64,000 nucleotides of DNA from Rotaria socialis (lineage: Eukaryota). Location: positions 186,001-250,000 of the forward strand of contig CAJNYD010000322.1 of assembly GCA_905331295.1 (NCBI GenBank). Reading direction: 5' to 3'. Under the pieces are notes generated by a model. It worked only from the letters and a program-made list of their open reading frames with translations. It was not told the DNA's origin and ran no database searches. Below are positions 40,301-52,597 of this stretch, piece by piece; within the stretch, counting starts at the first letter, position 1; each line of letters begins with the position of its first letter. A program made the translations under genes and the position numbers.

Positions 40301-42842
40301 ATTTAGCAAAAAAATACGTTGAATGTGTATATTTCTTCAAGTCAGTATTGATTGAGATCCACAAAGAATAAATATACTGACAAATAAGAAAACTATTTAT
40401 AATAATAAAAGTACAGTTTGAAAAATTCAAGGAATCTTATAGTCAATCCGTGATAGATTTAAGTTCAAATAACTCATGCAAAGCATATCAGGCTTGCACA
40501 GAGAAAATATTACGAAGTAACATCAATCGAATATCAAAAACACATTCATGTTTGAAGCAAAATTTATGAAAAAAGACAAATGTACAACAGTATTAATTAA
40601 ATTTACAAACCTATGGTATATAGCTGCACGAAGAAATAGAGTGACACAATTTTTGGATTTGTATTCAATAATGATTCAACGCCTTGTTAGTAGAATTGAT
40701 ATATCTATCAGTGAACAAAATGTAAGTTAAAACCATTGTTTTTTAAATGTTAATTGATGACAACAAATCTTTAGTATTTAATTCTCAAATGCTATATGAT
40801 TTAGAATAAAATTTAGATTTATATTTCTTGTTAAGTAATATTTTCTTTTCTAATTAGTATTAGATACTAAGCATTAAAAGATGATAAGACGCACTACTCT
40901 TTAATGATTTCAGCTAATCGAACATTCGACATTTTAATATGAAAGGAACATGTCGAAATGAATACCTTTCACAAAAAAGAATTCGATGTCAAACAAAATT
41001 TTCGTCTAGCAAATATGTGATTGAATATTGTCTGAGTTAAACACTTAGTAAAATTTCTTTGTTGCTTTTTATTATGTATAATTTTTGGAAATAATTCAGA
41101 TATCGTAATTTATAACACGAATTTTCAAATTAAACTTTTCAAGACCTTTATAAACTGTTGAATCACAATAAAATATGTAATATAGAAAATATTGTTTAGG
41201 GTATAGAAAACTGATTGAAATTTCTAAACTCGTTAAAACATTTAATTATTATTGCTATCAGAGATGACATAAGTATCGTTTTTTTAGTACTATCATAGTA
41301 TTGAGAAAGTTTCATAACATATTTGGAGTAAGCTCGTAGACATATAAAACATACAGAGATATCAGATTCAAACGTTTTTCAACACATTAAGTATAGCCTA
41401 TTTAGCTTTGCATTGATAAATTGTTGTGTTAAAATCTGTTAACTGTAGTATTTAGAAAACAAATAAAGCTCAAAACGATTATTTTGTGGAAGAGAGCTGC
41501 TCGACACCAAATTTATTTATTTCAGAAGAATTGTTTCCATATGTTACTAATTCAATTGATTTGTAGCCCTGTGTTCGAACTTTTTGCTTTATTTTTTCAT
41601 CAGCTCTTCTTAGAAATATTCTTATTAAAGTATTACCTTCATCTTCATTTGTTAATACAATACTCATTTGAACAAAATGTAAAATCTATACGCGCGTAGA
41701 TCGTTACATTGATTTAGGGAGTAATTAGTCTTTTGTGTTTTGATAGGAATTTGTGTGAGATAGATTCTACGCAAATATAAGATTCTCATGAGTACTATTT
41801 GATATTTTAGCAAAACTAATTTTAATATTCGAATCAATGATAACATATATCGTATATAAGATTGAACGTTTGCATAGAAAAACAAAATGTGTATGAACAA
41901 GAAAAAATCCAGTAAAATTACACTGTACCAATACAAAATATACGTTGCATCATTCAGAGAAATTTGTTGCTCGCATTGCCTTGTAAATGACTGTAAACTA
42001 TCTCGAAGATTACATCTTTAAATATAGAGTCAGCTGATTATAGTGAATATGATGCTAAACTGAAAAGTTTATTTAGTTTTTGAAAAGCTAGTACTCAACA
42101 AAACATTTTGTAACACATATATCAATGAGAACTTGATTAAAATTATGCATTTTTTTCATGCTAGAATAAAATATTTTAGTACTAGATAAGTAATTCGCTA
42201 TGTGATAAATTTTCGAAGAGAAGAAGACGAATGAAACTCGTAGAAAATATTTCTGTTTTTCAGAAAGTCTAGCTATAGATTCGTTCTTTTTTTGTATTTC
42301 ACATCGTTTCTAAAAGTAAATTTAGAGACATATGAAAGTTGTTTGAAAGTTTTTATTCAATTTTCAATTAAAAACCTTTTTGGCTTTAGTACTGTATATC
42401 GATTTTCAAATGTATATATCATGTGAATAATTGAGAGACTAGTAGAAATCGAATGAAATCAATCATAATAGTATTTTATCGCAATAAAGCAATAGATATT
42501 GGATATGATTTTATTTTATTATGCAACTTAATTCTTTGAACCTGTGCTGGTGAAATGCGAGATACTATTGTGTAGACGATAAGAAACGTACACATGTGGT
42601 ACTGTCTCGTAAATAATTTATCATCAATCAATATAATTCGGATGACTGAAAAAATGTAATTAAATTACAAATAGCATATAAATTGATTCTCTTTTGTACG
42701 ATATTACTTTAAAAAGCTCACCATTTTAGTGTGCTTGATAATGGTTTTTTTTCTCCTTCTCTTCTAAGATAATAATAGAAGAAAAGCAAAACAAGAAATC
42801 GTATATACGTATATAGTACAACTGAAACGTTTTTAAAATAGA

Positions 42843-45051
42843 TTACAGTGGTGTACATTGATATGAAGCTTCATTTTCTTCATCACCTTCAATACTGTCA
42901 CTTTCAGTACTGTTTGTTCGATAGTTGGAATGTTTCTTATTGAATGATGTTTGCTTAATGGTTGGCCGTGTTATTGTTGTTGTTGTTGTTGTTGCTGATG
43001 ATGTTGATGATGTTGCAGTTTGTAGACGTTTTTGAATAGCTGGATCATTAAAATAAACTCTTACATCTTTTCTTGCTGCTCCACCAGGTCCAGTCGTTTT
43101 ACCTTTTTGTTTTTGTTGATCTTGTTTCGAATGATTTGACGTCGTATTGTATTTTGACGATGATGGAGTACGAGTACGTGAACGAATTGATGAAATCGAT
43201 TCTTGAGATGTAAATATGGTTTGTGGTATATGTTTAGTAATTGGCGAAGTAATTGATGATGATGACTCACGGCGCTGATGATATTGTTGAATTTGTTGAC
43301 CATGAAGTGGTGTAGCTTGAACAAATGTTGCTGTACCATGTGATGAATTCACAATGGTTTTTATTTGTGAACGAAATGAAGATACATGTAAATCACACCA
43401 ACGTAATTGTGCTTGATAACGTTGAACAAGTATATCTTCTGGTTCATATACATAAAGATCAATTGGATTAAGTGTGTCAAGTTCAAGAAAAGCGAAATTT
43501 TTCATATCAAATGCAATAACACGAGAGTGTTGCTCAACAAGACGATGTATTGTTAATCGACGAAATGGATATCCAACGGATGTTGGCCCATTTTCTTCGA
43601 ATGTTCGACTTATAATAAGTTCTGTTATAAGTGGATATTGATGAGCTAATTTGCTTAATAGTTCTACTGAGTATAAACCTTGTACTTGATTTGAAGATGA
43701 TGATGATGAAAATGGAGAAGAATATGGTATAAGAGATGTTCGCCGATGAGAATTATTTGACGGTAATTCTCTATGTACAGGAACAAATATACCAATTGAA
43801 TCAGATTTTAGACAAAATTGTTCATCACTTTGCAGTGACTTAACTTTGAGATAGTCACTTGGTGGTGTTTGGTTTTTAAATCTACGTGATTGTTGATTAT
43901 TTGGTAAAAGATTAGCAAAAAGTGTACGTAAACGATTGGATGACGATGATGATAATGATGATATTGATGGAGATGGAGATCTAGATGGTGCTATTGATGT
44001 ACGACATGATTCAAGGACAGTACCAGGACGAATACGACGTAGAGCTGAATTACTATATGCCATACATGGTTGCAAAATAGTAAAATGTGTAAATTCCGAC
44101 GAAGATGGAACAGATTTTAAATGAGATCGCAAAGCATGAACTGATTCAAGAATATTATATCGAGTAATACCTTTTTCAACTGGAGCAAAAAGACCTATAA
44201 ACGAATGTAGAAAAACAAAACTAAGAAAACAAGTCGAATCTAATCAAAATTCATCTTTGTATACAATTTATGATAGAAACTTTTATAGTTAATACTATTT
44301 CTTTATATTAGCATTTTATCCAATAACTAGTACATCAGTAACTATGATTTATCTTTTGTCTATTTATTACAGATTATAGTGTATCAGGTACTGCACACGC
44401 TTTTTATTGATTTTTTCATATATGTTATGTATATACTTTTTCCTAACAGAAGCCAATATATTTATAGAAAGAACAACATCAAAATATAAATTCTACATGA
44501 GCTGAAATAAAAATATGATTATACTTAGTAAATATCTTGAATCAATACTGATTCGTCAGTCAAATGATAAAAAAATATGTCTACGTTGATCGATGTATGT
44601 GCCTACGAATCATCTTTCCATTTTGTTTGTCTATTAACCGAGTATCAAATTATTCTGAATGCATGCAAAAAAAGGGTGTCAAGTTCAAGAAACGTATGCC
44701 ATCAAAATACATGCAAACATGAAAAAAAATGAAATCTTGAATTAAAATAATAGTTTACTGTTCATTTTTTTCTTTATTCCCTAATTGCTTACCATCAAAT
44801 AACAATGGAATAGAGAAACGTTCATTTTCATTTGAAACAAGTAAATATGGATCATTTGTTTGAGCAAGTAATAGGCAATAATTATCGGCAGATTCATGTA
44901 TATCATCACCAGCAATTCGAACAAGACATGGAAGACGATGCTGTTCAATAACGGCTTGTAGTGTATGCAGTTCACAACCATCACTGTTACGGATACCTTC
45001 GTTTTCGCAATAATCACTGTTAAGACGCGGTGTTACCGCCCACTTCAACAT
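42843..45051 (-). CDS. Uncharacterised protein with CABIT-like (THEMIS/GAREM-type) N-terminus and Ser/Thr-rich tail; exons 44793-45051 and 42843-44194
   Basis: LQAVIEQHRLPCLVRI...FSIPLLFDGLFAP resembles the CABIT LP/IPxxYxGxF motifs; second LAHQYPL segment; in-frame splice. Confidence 0.7.
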
Positions 45052-46963
45052 TGCTTTCACTTGAATATGTGCTCTGTTGAATGAAGAAGTGAACTAAGTG
45101 TAGACGATAGAAGAGATAAAAAAAAGTTAGTGGTACTGTAAGTGATCCGCGTCCGAAGTGCTGTCGATGAAAAATTGAAAAAGATTAAAGACAAAAAGAA
45201 GGGGAGAGAGAGAGAGAGAGAGAGAGCGAAAGCACGTGAAGAAGAAAGAAAGCAATGGATTCCACTTTTCTCTCTTGTTACTCTATGGGCGAATGTGTAC
45301 TGTATTATACACTAGACGTTTGTTGCTTCATTCTCTCTTTTTTTTTGCGCTCGCACTATTACTTGCTCCTTGCTTTTTCTCTCTTTTCCTATGACAAAGA
45401 GAAATTATACTACTCTTGAATATGTTACCGACAACCTTCAAGTTTTTTTCAATGTTTCATTGCACTTCAAGTGTTACATCGATTGTTTGAAAACATACAT
45501 TTTTATTCAATTAAGGATGGCACTGTAATCGTTGTTTTCTTTACCAAAACTTTTTCACATCTAGCATTACTAATTGGTTTTTCTTCAAATAGTTTCAACA
45601 AAAGCACAAAATTTTCTCCTTCAGATTGTTCGTTTGATTATTGTTCACGGACACTACGTGTCTAATGATGTACCATCAGCTGTGACACTTGACAATTATT
45701 GTCATTGTCTATGCAATATACAAGACCTTGCATAAAAGTAATAGAAAAGTTACTATAGGGTGAACAGCAGAGCAGCAGTCACCTGTGAACTATTACTATT
45801 CATAGAGTTGTATAAAAAGCTTCATTTTTTTCTTCTAACAATAACAATAACCATCGCCTACATTGAAGGACATGTATCAAAGATTACAGAATCACAACTA
45901 GAGAAGTCATACGTATAATTCTTTTGCTCTGAAAGCCATCTATTGTACTAGTATATGTATGAATAGGTATTGAAATGAATAGAGAATAAAAAATTTCTTG
46001 TTTTAAACGTCACTAATATACACATGACTAATAATATCATGTAATACGAACATTGATTAACAGATTAGGAACATTTAAATATGCTATACTATATTGACTA
46101 ATTGGAAAAATATTATATTTTATGTGCCATTAATAAAAGAGAACCTTGGAATGTCTACGCAGAACATCGTAAACTAGTATTTGCATTTATTTATTATTTT
46201 CTCTGATATAATTACTCTCTTATTGAAAACGTAGAAATAAATTTAAAAAGTTTTCTTTTCATATAGTATTGTACTGAACAAAAGATGAAGATATCATTTT
46301 GAAATGAGAATAAAAACGATATTTATGATTTTAAATTTCTCTGCTGCCAATAAACATTTGAGATGACTTTCTGTCATTCTATCAGATGTTATAAACTATT
46401 CAATACTTCGTACAATCGGCTTATATGTCATACTATCTTATTGAACTCTTAATATTCAATCATAAATAACGAAATCTAAATGTCATTGTTCAACAGAACT
46501 GACTTATACATGGCTTAAATGTGTACTTTTGAACATTTCTTACATTCTATTTCATACCTAGTCATGAACTGATGATTATCATGTACACGTTAACAATATT
46601 TACAGAAATGATCATTCAGTATCTTATACTCACTTTTACAAATAATAAATATCTGAGTTAAGATGTAACAAAAATGAATTATTTCCTTTCAATCAAATAT
46701 ATCTTGTTAAAAAGGAATTGTTGCTAAATTTCGTACTACTTTTCAAAGACTACACATTAACAAACTCAATATGTTGAATGAATTTTCAACGAAACTCATG
46801 TAAAATTTTATCATCGAATTGAATAAAATTTTTTGAAGAGATTAATCTTAGATCAATTGTTTCGATGATTTAATATATTGCATTTAAATTTATTTTATTG
46901 TCTTCTCCAAATAATAAAATTCTGACTATTATTACTTTCTGATTCTGCATAGCGAGTACCATC

Positions 46964-47036
46964 GGTTCGATGGTGTAGCGGTTATCACGTCTGCTTTACA
47001 CGCAGAAGGTCGCGAGTTCAAACCTCGCTCGAACCT
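46964..47036 (+). tRNA. trnV-UAC: tRNA-Val, anticodon TAC
   Basis: Acceptor GGTTCGA/TCGAACC; anticodon stem TCTGC/GCAGA with TAC at 46997-46999; T arm GCGAG-TTCAAAC-CTCGC; oligo-T Pol III terminator just downstream. Confidence 0.95.
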
Positions 47037-47720
47037 CTCTCTTTTTTTCTGACGTTTTACATACTTGTCTCTGAACGTGTATATTCATTTTTTTCTCTCT
47101 ATTAATAGAAAGCAAGAAAAAAGACGATACTAATGTTCAAAGGATAGACTATGCTATGTATATAATAGAGAATAAATTATGTTTTGTAAATTTAATACAT
47201 ATCCTCAAGTTATCATTACTAAGATTATTAGGTATGAAAATGAAGTGAAAGGAAGAAAATATACGTGATTATCATACCAAATTATACAATAAAACATCGA
47301 CTCATTACAGATTTATCAGTAAATAATCGCGAAAAGAAATTTTACTATTGTTTCTTCACCATTGCACCGACAGGAAGTCAAAAGTAACAATCAGACTCTT
47401 CAAAATGCTGTTGTTGATTAACATATGTTAAATAAATATCGAAAAGATTGTATTCATGCGTATTAATTTTAAGCACCATACCTCTTATATTTTTTACCCA
47501 CAAAATTTTGCATTGCCCACACAAGGGTATTAATTCTTTGATTAGGCATAGATTGTCAACCACAAAAAGAAACTGACTTCATAATACTTATTTCTTTTCT
47601 ACTATGTAACTGAATGCATTCAGTGAGCTACTTTCTCTCTCTATATATACGTATATATAGTTTAAGTGGACATTAAATCAATATATCTCTTTTGAATATT
47701 AAACATTCGCTTATTTTCAG

Positions 47721-48104
47721 ATGAATCCTTCAATAACTATTGCTCTACTCATAGGAGTGGCACTCATGGCAATGTTTATAAATCCTATACAATCAGAATC
47801 AATGCGAAGCAAACGATGGACATTTAATACTTGGCGATTGCACGGTGGTCGATATGCATCTCACACTACATCATTGAATCCTAATATTGGTTTGATTTTC
47901 CTTGGTAATTTCAAAGTATCGAACAAAATATTTTTTCATTTAGTTCCTCATTATTCTACAATATTCGCTGATGTCAATGATCAAGATCAACTTCTTAATG
48001 TTGACAACGATAATGATGATCCTACAATTAAAATACTTACACGTCAGCTACGTTTTTGCCAGCTATTAGATCTCGCACACAAAAAAGACGATTATAGTGA
48101 TTAA
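47721..48104 (+). CDS. Small secreted neuropeptide-like precursor; probable in-frame intron ending at 47943
   Basis: Signal peptide, then KR-WTFNTWRLHG-GR, then an acidic spacer. Confidence 0.65.
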   Translation: MNPSITIALLIGVALMAMFINPIQSESMRSKRWTFNTWRLHGGRYASHTTSLNPNIGLIFLGNFKVSNKIFFHLVPHYSTIFADVNDQDQLLNVDNDNDDPTIKILTRQLRFCQLLDLAHKKDDYSD

Positions 48105-48270
48105 TTTTGAAAAAGTTTCTTCTATATTTTGGCTAACATAATAAAAAGAAAAGTAGCTAATACATTGAACGAAGAAAATAGAAAAAAATTTTTTTTTCGT
48201 TTCGAAGCAAAATTTCTTGTTTTTTGTTTGCTGTTGAAATAACTCTTGGTGATTAGCACTGTTTCATGAT

Positions 48271-48935
48271 CTATTGGTATTGACATTTTCCCTGAAGTTG
48301 TGGTGTAACAAAATCAGCATCGTAATAATGATTCCATTCAATAATATTTAACTAAAATAAAGAAGAAAATAGTGTTTGAACAATAGTTGAATACCAGTAA
48401 GAAAATCGTATAATTCAGTTTTTGATATTACTTACACTTCCATCAAATTTAATCACAATAACTCCCCGTAAATTAACTTGACAACCACCTTTATTTACTG
48501 CTCTTATTGTAGCTTCAAAAGCGACCTTGTAAAAATAGAAAAAATTTATCTTATAAACGCCCATATTATCGTTGATAGATAAGCATACTTCATTGTTGCC
48601 TGACCAAAGCTCCAAAGGATACCAACCATTTCCTTGAGGACCAAGATTTTGATTCCATGCATTACAATGTTGTAAAATAGCATCGCGACCAATTATAGGT
48701 GTCGATCCAACAGGTGAACGAACCACACCATTTGTTGCAAAATATGAAGTCCATAAAGTGCAGTTGGATTTTTGACCACTTCGAGCTTCAAACAATGCAT
48801 AGACACTATTAAAATGAATCATAGCAACGAATTTTGAAATAAAATTTATACTGACGTGCTTCGAAGATCAGCATTCACATATGTGAATACGATGAACAAC
48901 AAGAAACTTGTTGAGAGAACAAATTTTGAAAGCAT
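48271..48935 (-). CDS. Secreted SnoaL/NTF2-like fold protein, four exons
   Basis: Signal exon MLSKFVLSTSFLLFIVFTYVNA; WTSYFATNGVVRSPVGSTPIIGRDAI and VIVIKFD..KYYEWNHYYD typical of SnoaL-like domains; three GT-AG introns. Confidence 0.75.
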
Positions 48936-49340
48936 TTTCTTTCTAACCACTGAAGTCTTTTTCAAAATAACTATTTTTAACAATGGCTGCTATCTTTCGC
49001 TGAGGTCTTTTAGATTTATATAGAACGCCTATCTTTTTTTTAATCAGAATGAAAGTAAAATGCAAAGAAATGACGACGAAAAAAAGTGCTAACGTATGAT
49101 GTAAGCCAGATAACAAAAAGAAACAATTCCATTAGTCTGATATTTACTTCTGGTCAGCGTATTATTATTATCGTAGATTTGAGAAATATGAAAATCATTT
49201 TCTATCCTTTCATTACATTAATAAATTTCTAATTAAAATACCATATAGACGATAACTTTGTTTTTTTAAGAATCTATTTAAATTAGTATATTCACGTGAA
49301 CAAGATAGGCGCGAAATTTTTTGTAAAAAATCATTTGTGA

Positions 49341-49631
49341 ATGATATCACTTAGATTTCTAATAGTTCCATTCGTTTTACTTATCATTATACTTATACTA
49401 ATTTTATTAATATCATGTATCTGGATCATATTATTTTATATGCAGCCAAATCGAACACCTGTAAAATATAAAGGATTATATCAACGCAAAAGTTATACAA
49501 AAATGAATCCGAAAAATTTTCTTGAGAATAATATTATCTCTAATCATTTATCGAAATTTACTCACTCAAAGAATCCTAAACATGTGGCAAGAGCACAGTT
49601 GCAAACACATATTTCTACTTCAAAAACATGA
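49341..49631 (+). CDS. Possible small single-pass membrane protein
   Basis: ATG ORF with a long hydrophobic N-terminus and basic tail; AT-rich, so it could be chance. Confidence 0.35.
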   Translation: MISLRFLIVPFVLLIIILILILLISCIWIILFYMQPNRTPVKYKGLYQRKSYTKMNPKNFLENNIISNHLSKFTHSKNPKHVARAQLQTHISTSKT

Positions 49632-50833
49632 AATATTACTTACTTAAACGAGATCGGTCTTTATATGATCTATGTATTCAATTGTGATCAATCATCCAGA
49701 TCATCGAGTTGCAATCAAGGTTTCATGTATAACAAAACAAATACAGTAGCAGTAGTAATGAAAGAAATCTAAACTGACCTTATACAATACCATGATTTAA
49801 ATGTTCCGGATACTTTTTACTATCTCTTCTAACTTTTAGAGTAATGGTCACTTGGAAAAAATTTCTATAGAATAATATTGATTGTATGATAGAGACTGAA
49901 GAATGATATTTACGGATGGGCAGTAGTTTTTGTAGAAATGAGTGTATCTTCAATTTTTTTGTCATCTTTGACTCGTATGTTTCATACAGGGGAAGAATTC
50001 ATTTGTTTTAACCACATATTATTATTATATTCATATGTCTAGATATGTGCCTTCATCTATATTTTGTATATTTGTTGAGACGTTATCAGTTTTCTTACAA
50101 TCATAATAATAACATTTTTTAAATATTCTAAAAAAAATCAATTTTTTACAGAATCTTTTGTGTCAACCAATATAATATTCTCACAATCTTATTTTACTGT
50201 TTTGAGATTCTTCAAGAGACGGAAGAGACGATATTATTTCGAAAACAAAATCTGTCAAGACATTATATGAGATTTCATATATGACTTTACCTAGTAAAAC
50301 ATTATTGTGATGGAACGACTTGTCCGTTTCTTCTTTTTATTCAGAATGATGCTTTTTTTTTTGAGCAACAATGCTGACACGAATAATATAAACAGTAAAG
50401 AAGAAGAGAAGATAGGAGCAAATGTAAGCTAATGATTAAATGATAAGAGTGATTAATGAGTACATCCACTCTTGAAGGAGTCGTGATGGATGGAATCGGT
50501 CACAATTCTCTTTAACTTGAATCAATTGGCACTATCGTTACTATAAATTATATTGCTTTTTCTCTGCTTACATTCTTCTAAATTACCAATTTTGAAATTT
50601 AACTACGTGGATTCCTGTTCAACTCACATGAATTCGATCAATAATTCAATTGAAACTACTCAAATATAATATCATCTATTAAATTTCACTAATTTTTAGA
50701 ATTATATATTTTCTAGTTCATCAGTCACACTTTATTTGTTGAAGAAATACAAGATAATAGTGTTATTCCTTAACATTCTAGTTCGACGAATAAACAAACT
50801 CAATGGCAAATGCGAATCAAAAGGATAATATAC

Positions 50834-51213
50834 CAAGGGGGAAAACACGGATTTGGGATTTTGAAAGTCCCAAAATCCAAAACGTGAATGATGGAATTTC
50901 CATCTGAATTTTTTCCCATATGTAAGTCCCATGATTCTTAGAATATTCTAAAATTTTCAGCCTTCTCAAGATAATGAATGCGCAAATACTCATTTCACGG
51001 CACGGTCAGAAAGTCCAGTTTTTTTGAAAATTCAATATTTTACGAAGGAAACATTTATTCGAGTTGAAACTTTTAGGATCTTTTATGGACCATGAAACCT
51101 ATATATGGGAAGAATTTCAGGTCGAAACTACGTCATTCACAGAGGGGAAAATGCTTTTCAATTTATGAGATTTTTGGGATTTTCAAAATCTCAAAAATCC
51201 GCTTTCCCCCTTG
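50834..51213. mobile_element. MITE with CAAGGGGGAAA termini (P/hAT-like 7-8-bp TSD)
   Basis: CAAGGGGGAAAACACGGATT / AATCCGCTTTCCCCCTTG; flanks TAATATAC / TAATATAA. Confidence 0.7.
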
Positions 51214-51389
51214 TAATATAAGATTTACCTGTAGAATACTTTCCATGAATAAACTAACTAGTTTATTATTAGTTCAGTTAAATTCTCTAAATTTTGTATG
51301 AATCCCAGAGAAATTCTAACGGATTCTGATTATATTTCTCTAGTAGTTTGCTTTATTTTATAATTAGAATTAACAAAAAATAAATGCGG

Positions 51390-51700
51390 AAACATCGGAT
51401 TTGCATCCGATTGTTATGTGTACTTCAAAAAGCGAAAATGTACATCCATTTTTTTCCTGTAAGGCATAGATCTCATCAAGATACATCCCTTCTCACTAAA
51501 TTACNCAATTTTTTCGATACCTCAACCATTTCTTGACGGATCCTTCTCATCTTCGAACTCGACCTAGATATTGATAAGACAATTCTGTGCACAAAATTTC
51601 AGCTCAATCGAATGTAATTGTGGAGAGTTATCGAATAAACGGACGGACGGGCACACTGACCGATTCTAGAGTGTACTCTTTTTTTTTGAGTACACAAAAA
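51390..51700. repeat. Interspersed repeat with ACGG microsatellite, DINE-1/HINE-like (Helentron-associated)
   Basis: CGAACTCGACCTAGAT...AAATTTCAGCTCAATCG...ACGGACGGACGG pattern. Confidence 0.4.
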
Positions 51701-52597
51701 GCATTCTAAATACTGTTTTTAATCATAAAAATTGTTCAGATTCTTTTGTGATTGTTTCTTTTTATTCATATTTTCGATAAATAAAGTCAGACAGTTTCAA
51801 AAGAAATTCTAAAGTAGAATATATAAAAGCTATTTTTGATTAGTATGATACTGCTGAAAACAAATGTTTGCCATTGAACTTATTTGATAATGAATTTTCA
51901 GAATGTGTCAAATGCATAACATTTCGCCATATTCTTTTATAAGATTTCTCAGATAATTTGGCTAAGTAAAAAAATAAGATTGAAAAACTTTCCCTTTGAA
52001 TATAAAATTAGCATTTATTTCGTTCATTCGGCGGAATTTTGCTTTTTACATATCTAGTTAAGAAACATCAGTTTTCTTTGTCCTATCAGCAGTCGTATAT
52101 ATTTTAATCAAAGAAACACGAAATCATACGTATTAACACGCAATAAAATAGCTTTTCGCAAGTGTTAAGTAAAAGAGTGCTCGAAGGAAAATTAAGAACT
52201 AAACAAGGCAAACAACAACATACAGAATAAAACGATAACATCAGTCTAAATAAGAGATTCAACACTGATAAACAGAAAAAGAAAAAGGCTGAGTTTCTCC
52301 AGATCCCATATTCACCTCTGAACGTTGCTTCTAAGTAATACGCTTGTTTTAACAAAGCATACAAAAATCTTCTTTGTTTTTGATTAGTATGAAAAGAAAA
52401 ATAACAGATATACGCTCAGTTCAAAAAGAGAAATAATGAACTACATTAAATAGAAAGAAAGAAAAACGAACATACGATGACGGTATAAATATTTACCTTT
52501 CATTGTTCAACTGATTGCACGTGGGAAGTTTGTTTTTTTGATTTGTTTTTAAATGAGCAAAATCGAAAAAAATATTTGATAAGAATAAAAAAAATTT

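Noticed and set aside
38800..42800. Short ORFs in the long AT-rich interval
   Set aside because: Low-complexity AT-driven frames with no motifs or coherent splice structure
49640..49990. Possible small spliced gene on the minus strand
   Set aside because: Could not assemble a consistent reading frame
51505..51505. Single N base
   Set aside because: Assembly ambiguity, no biological meaning
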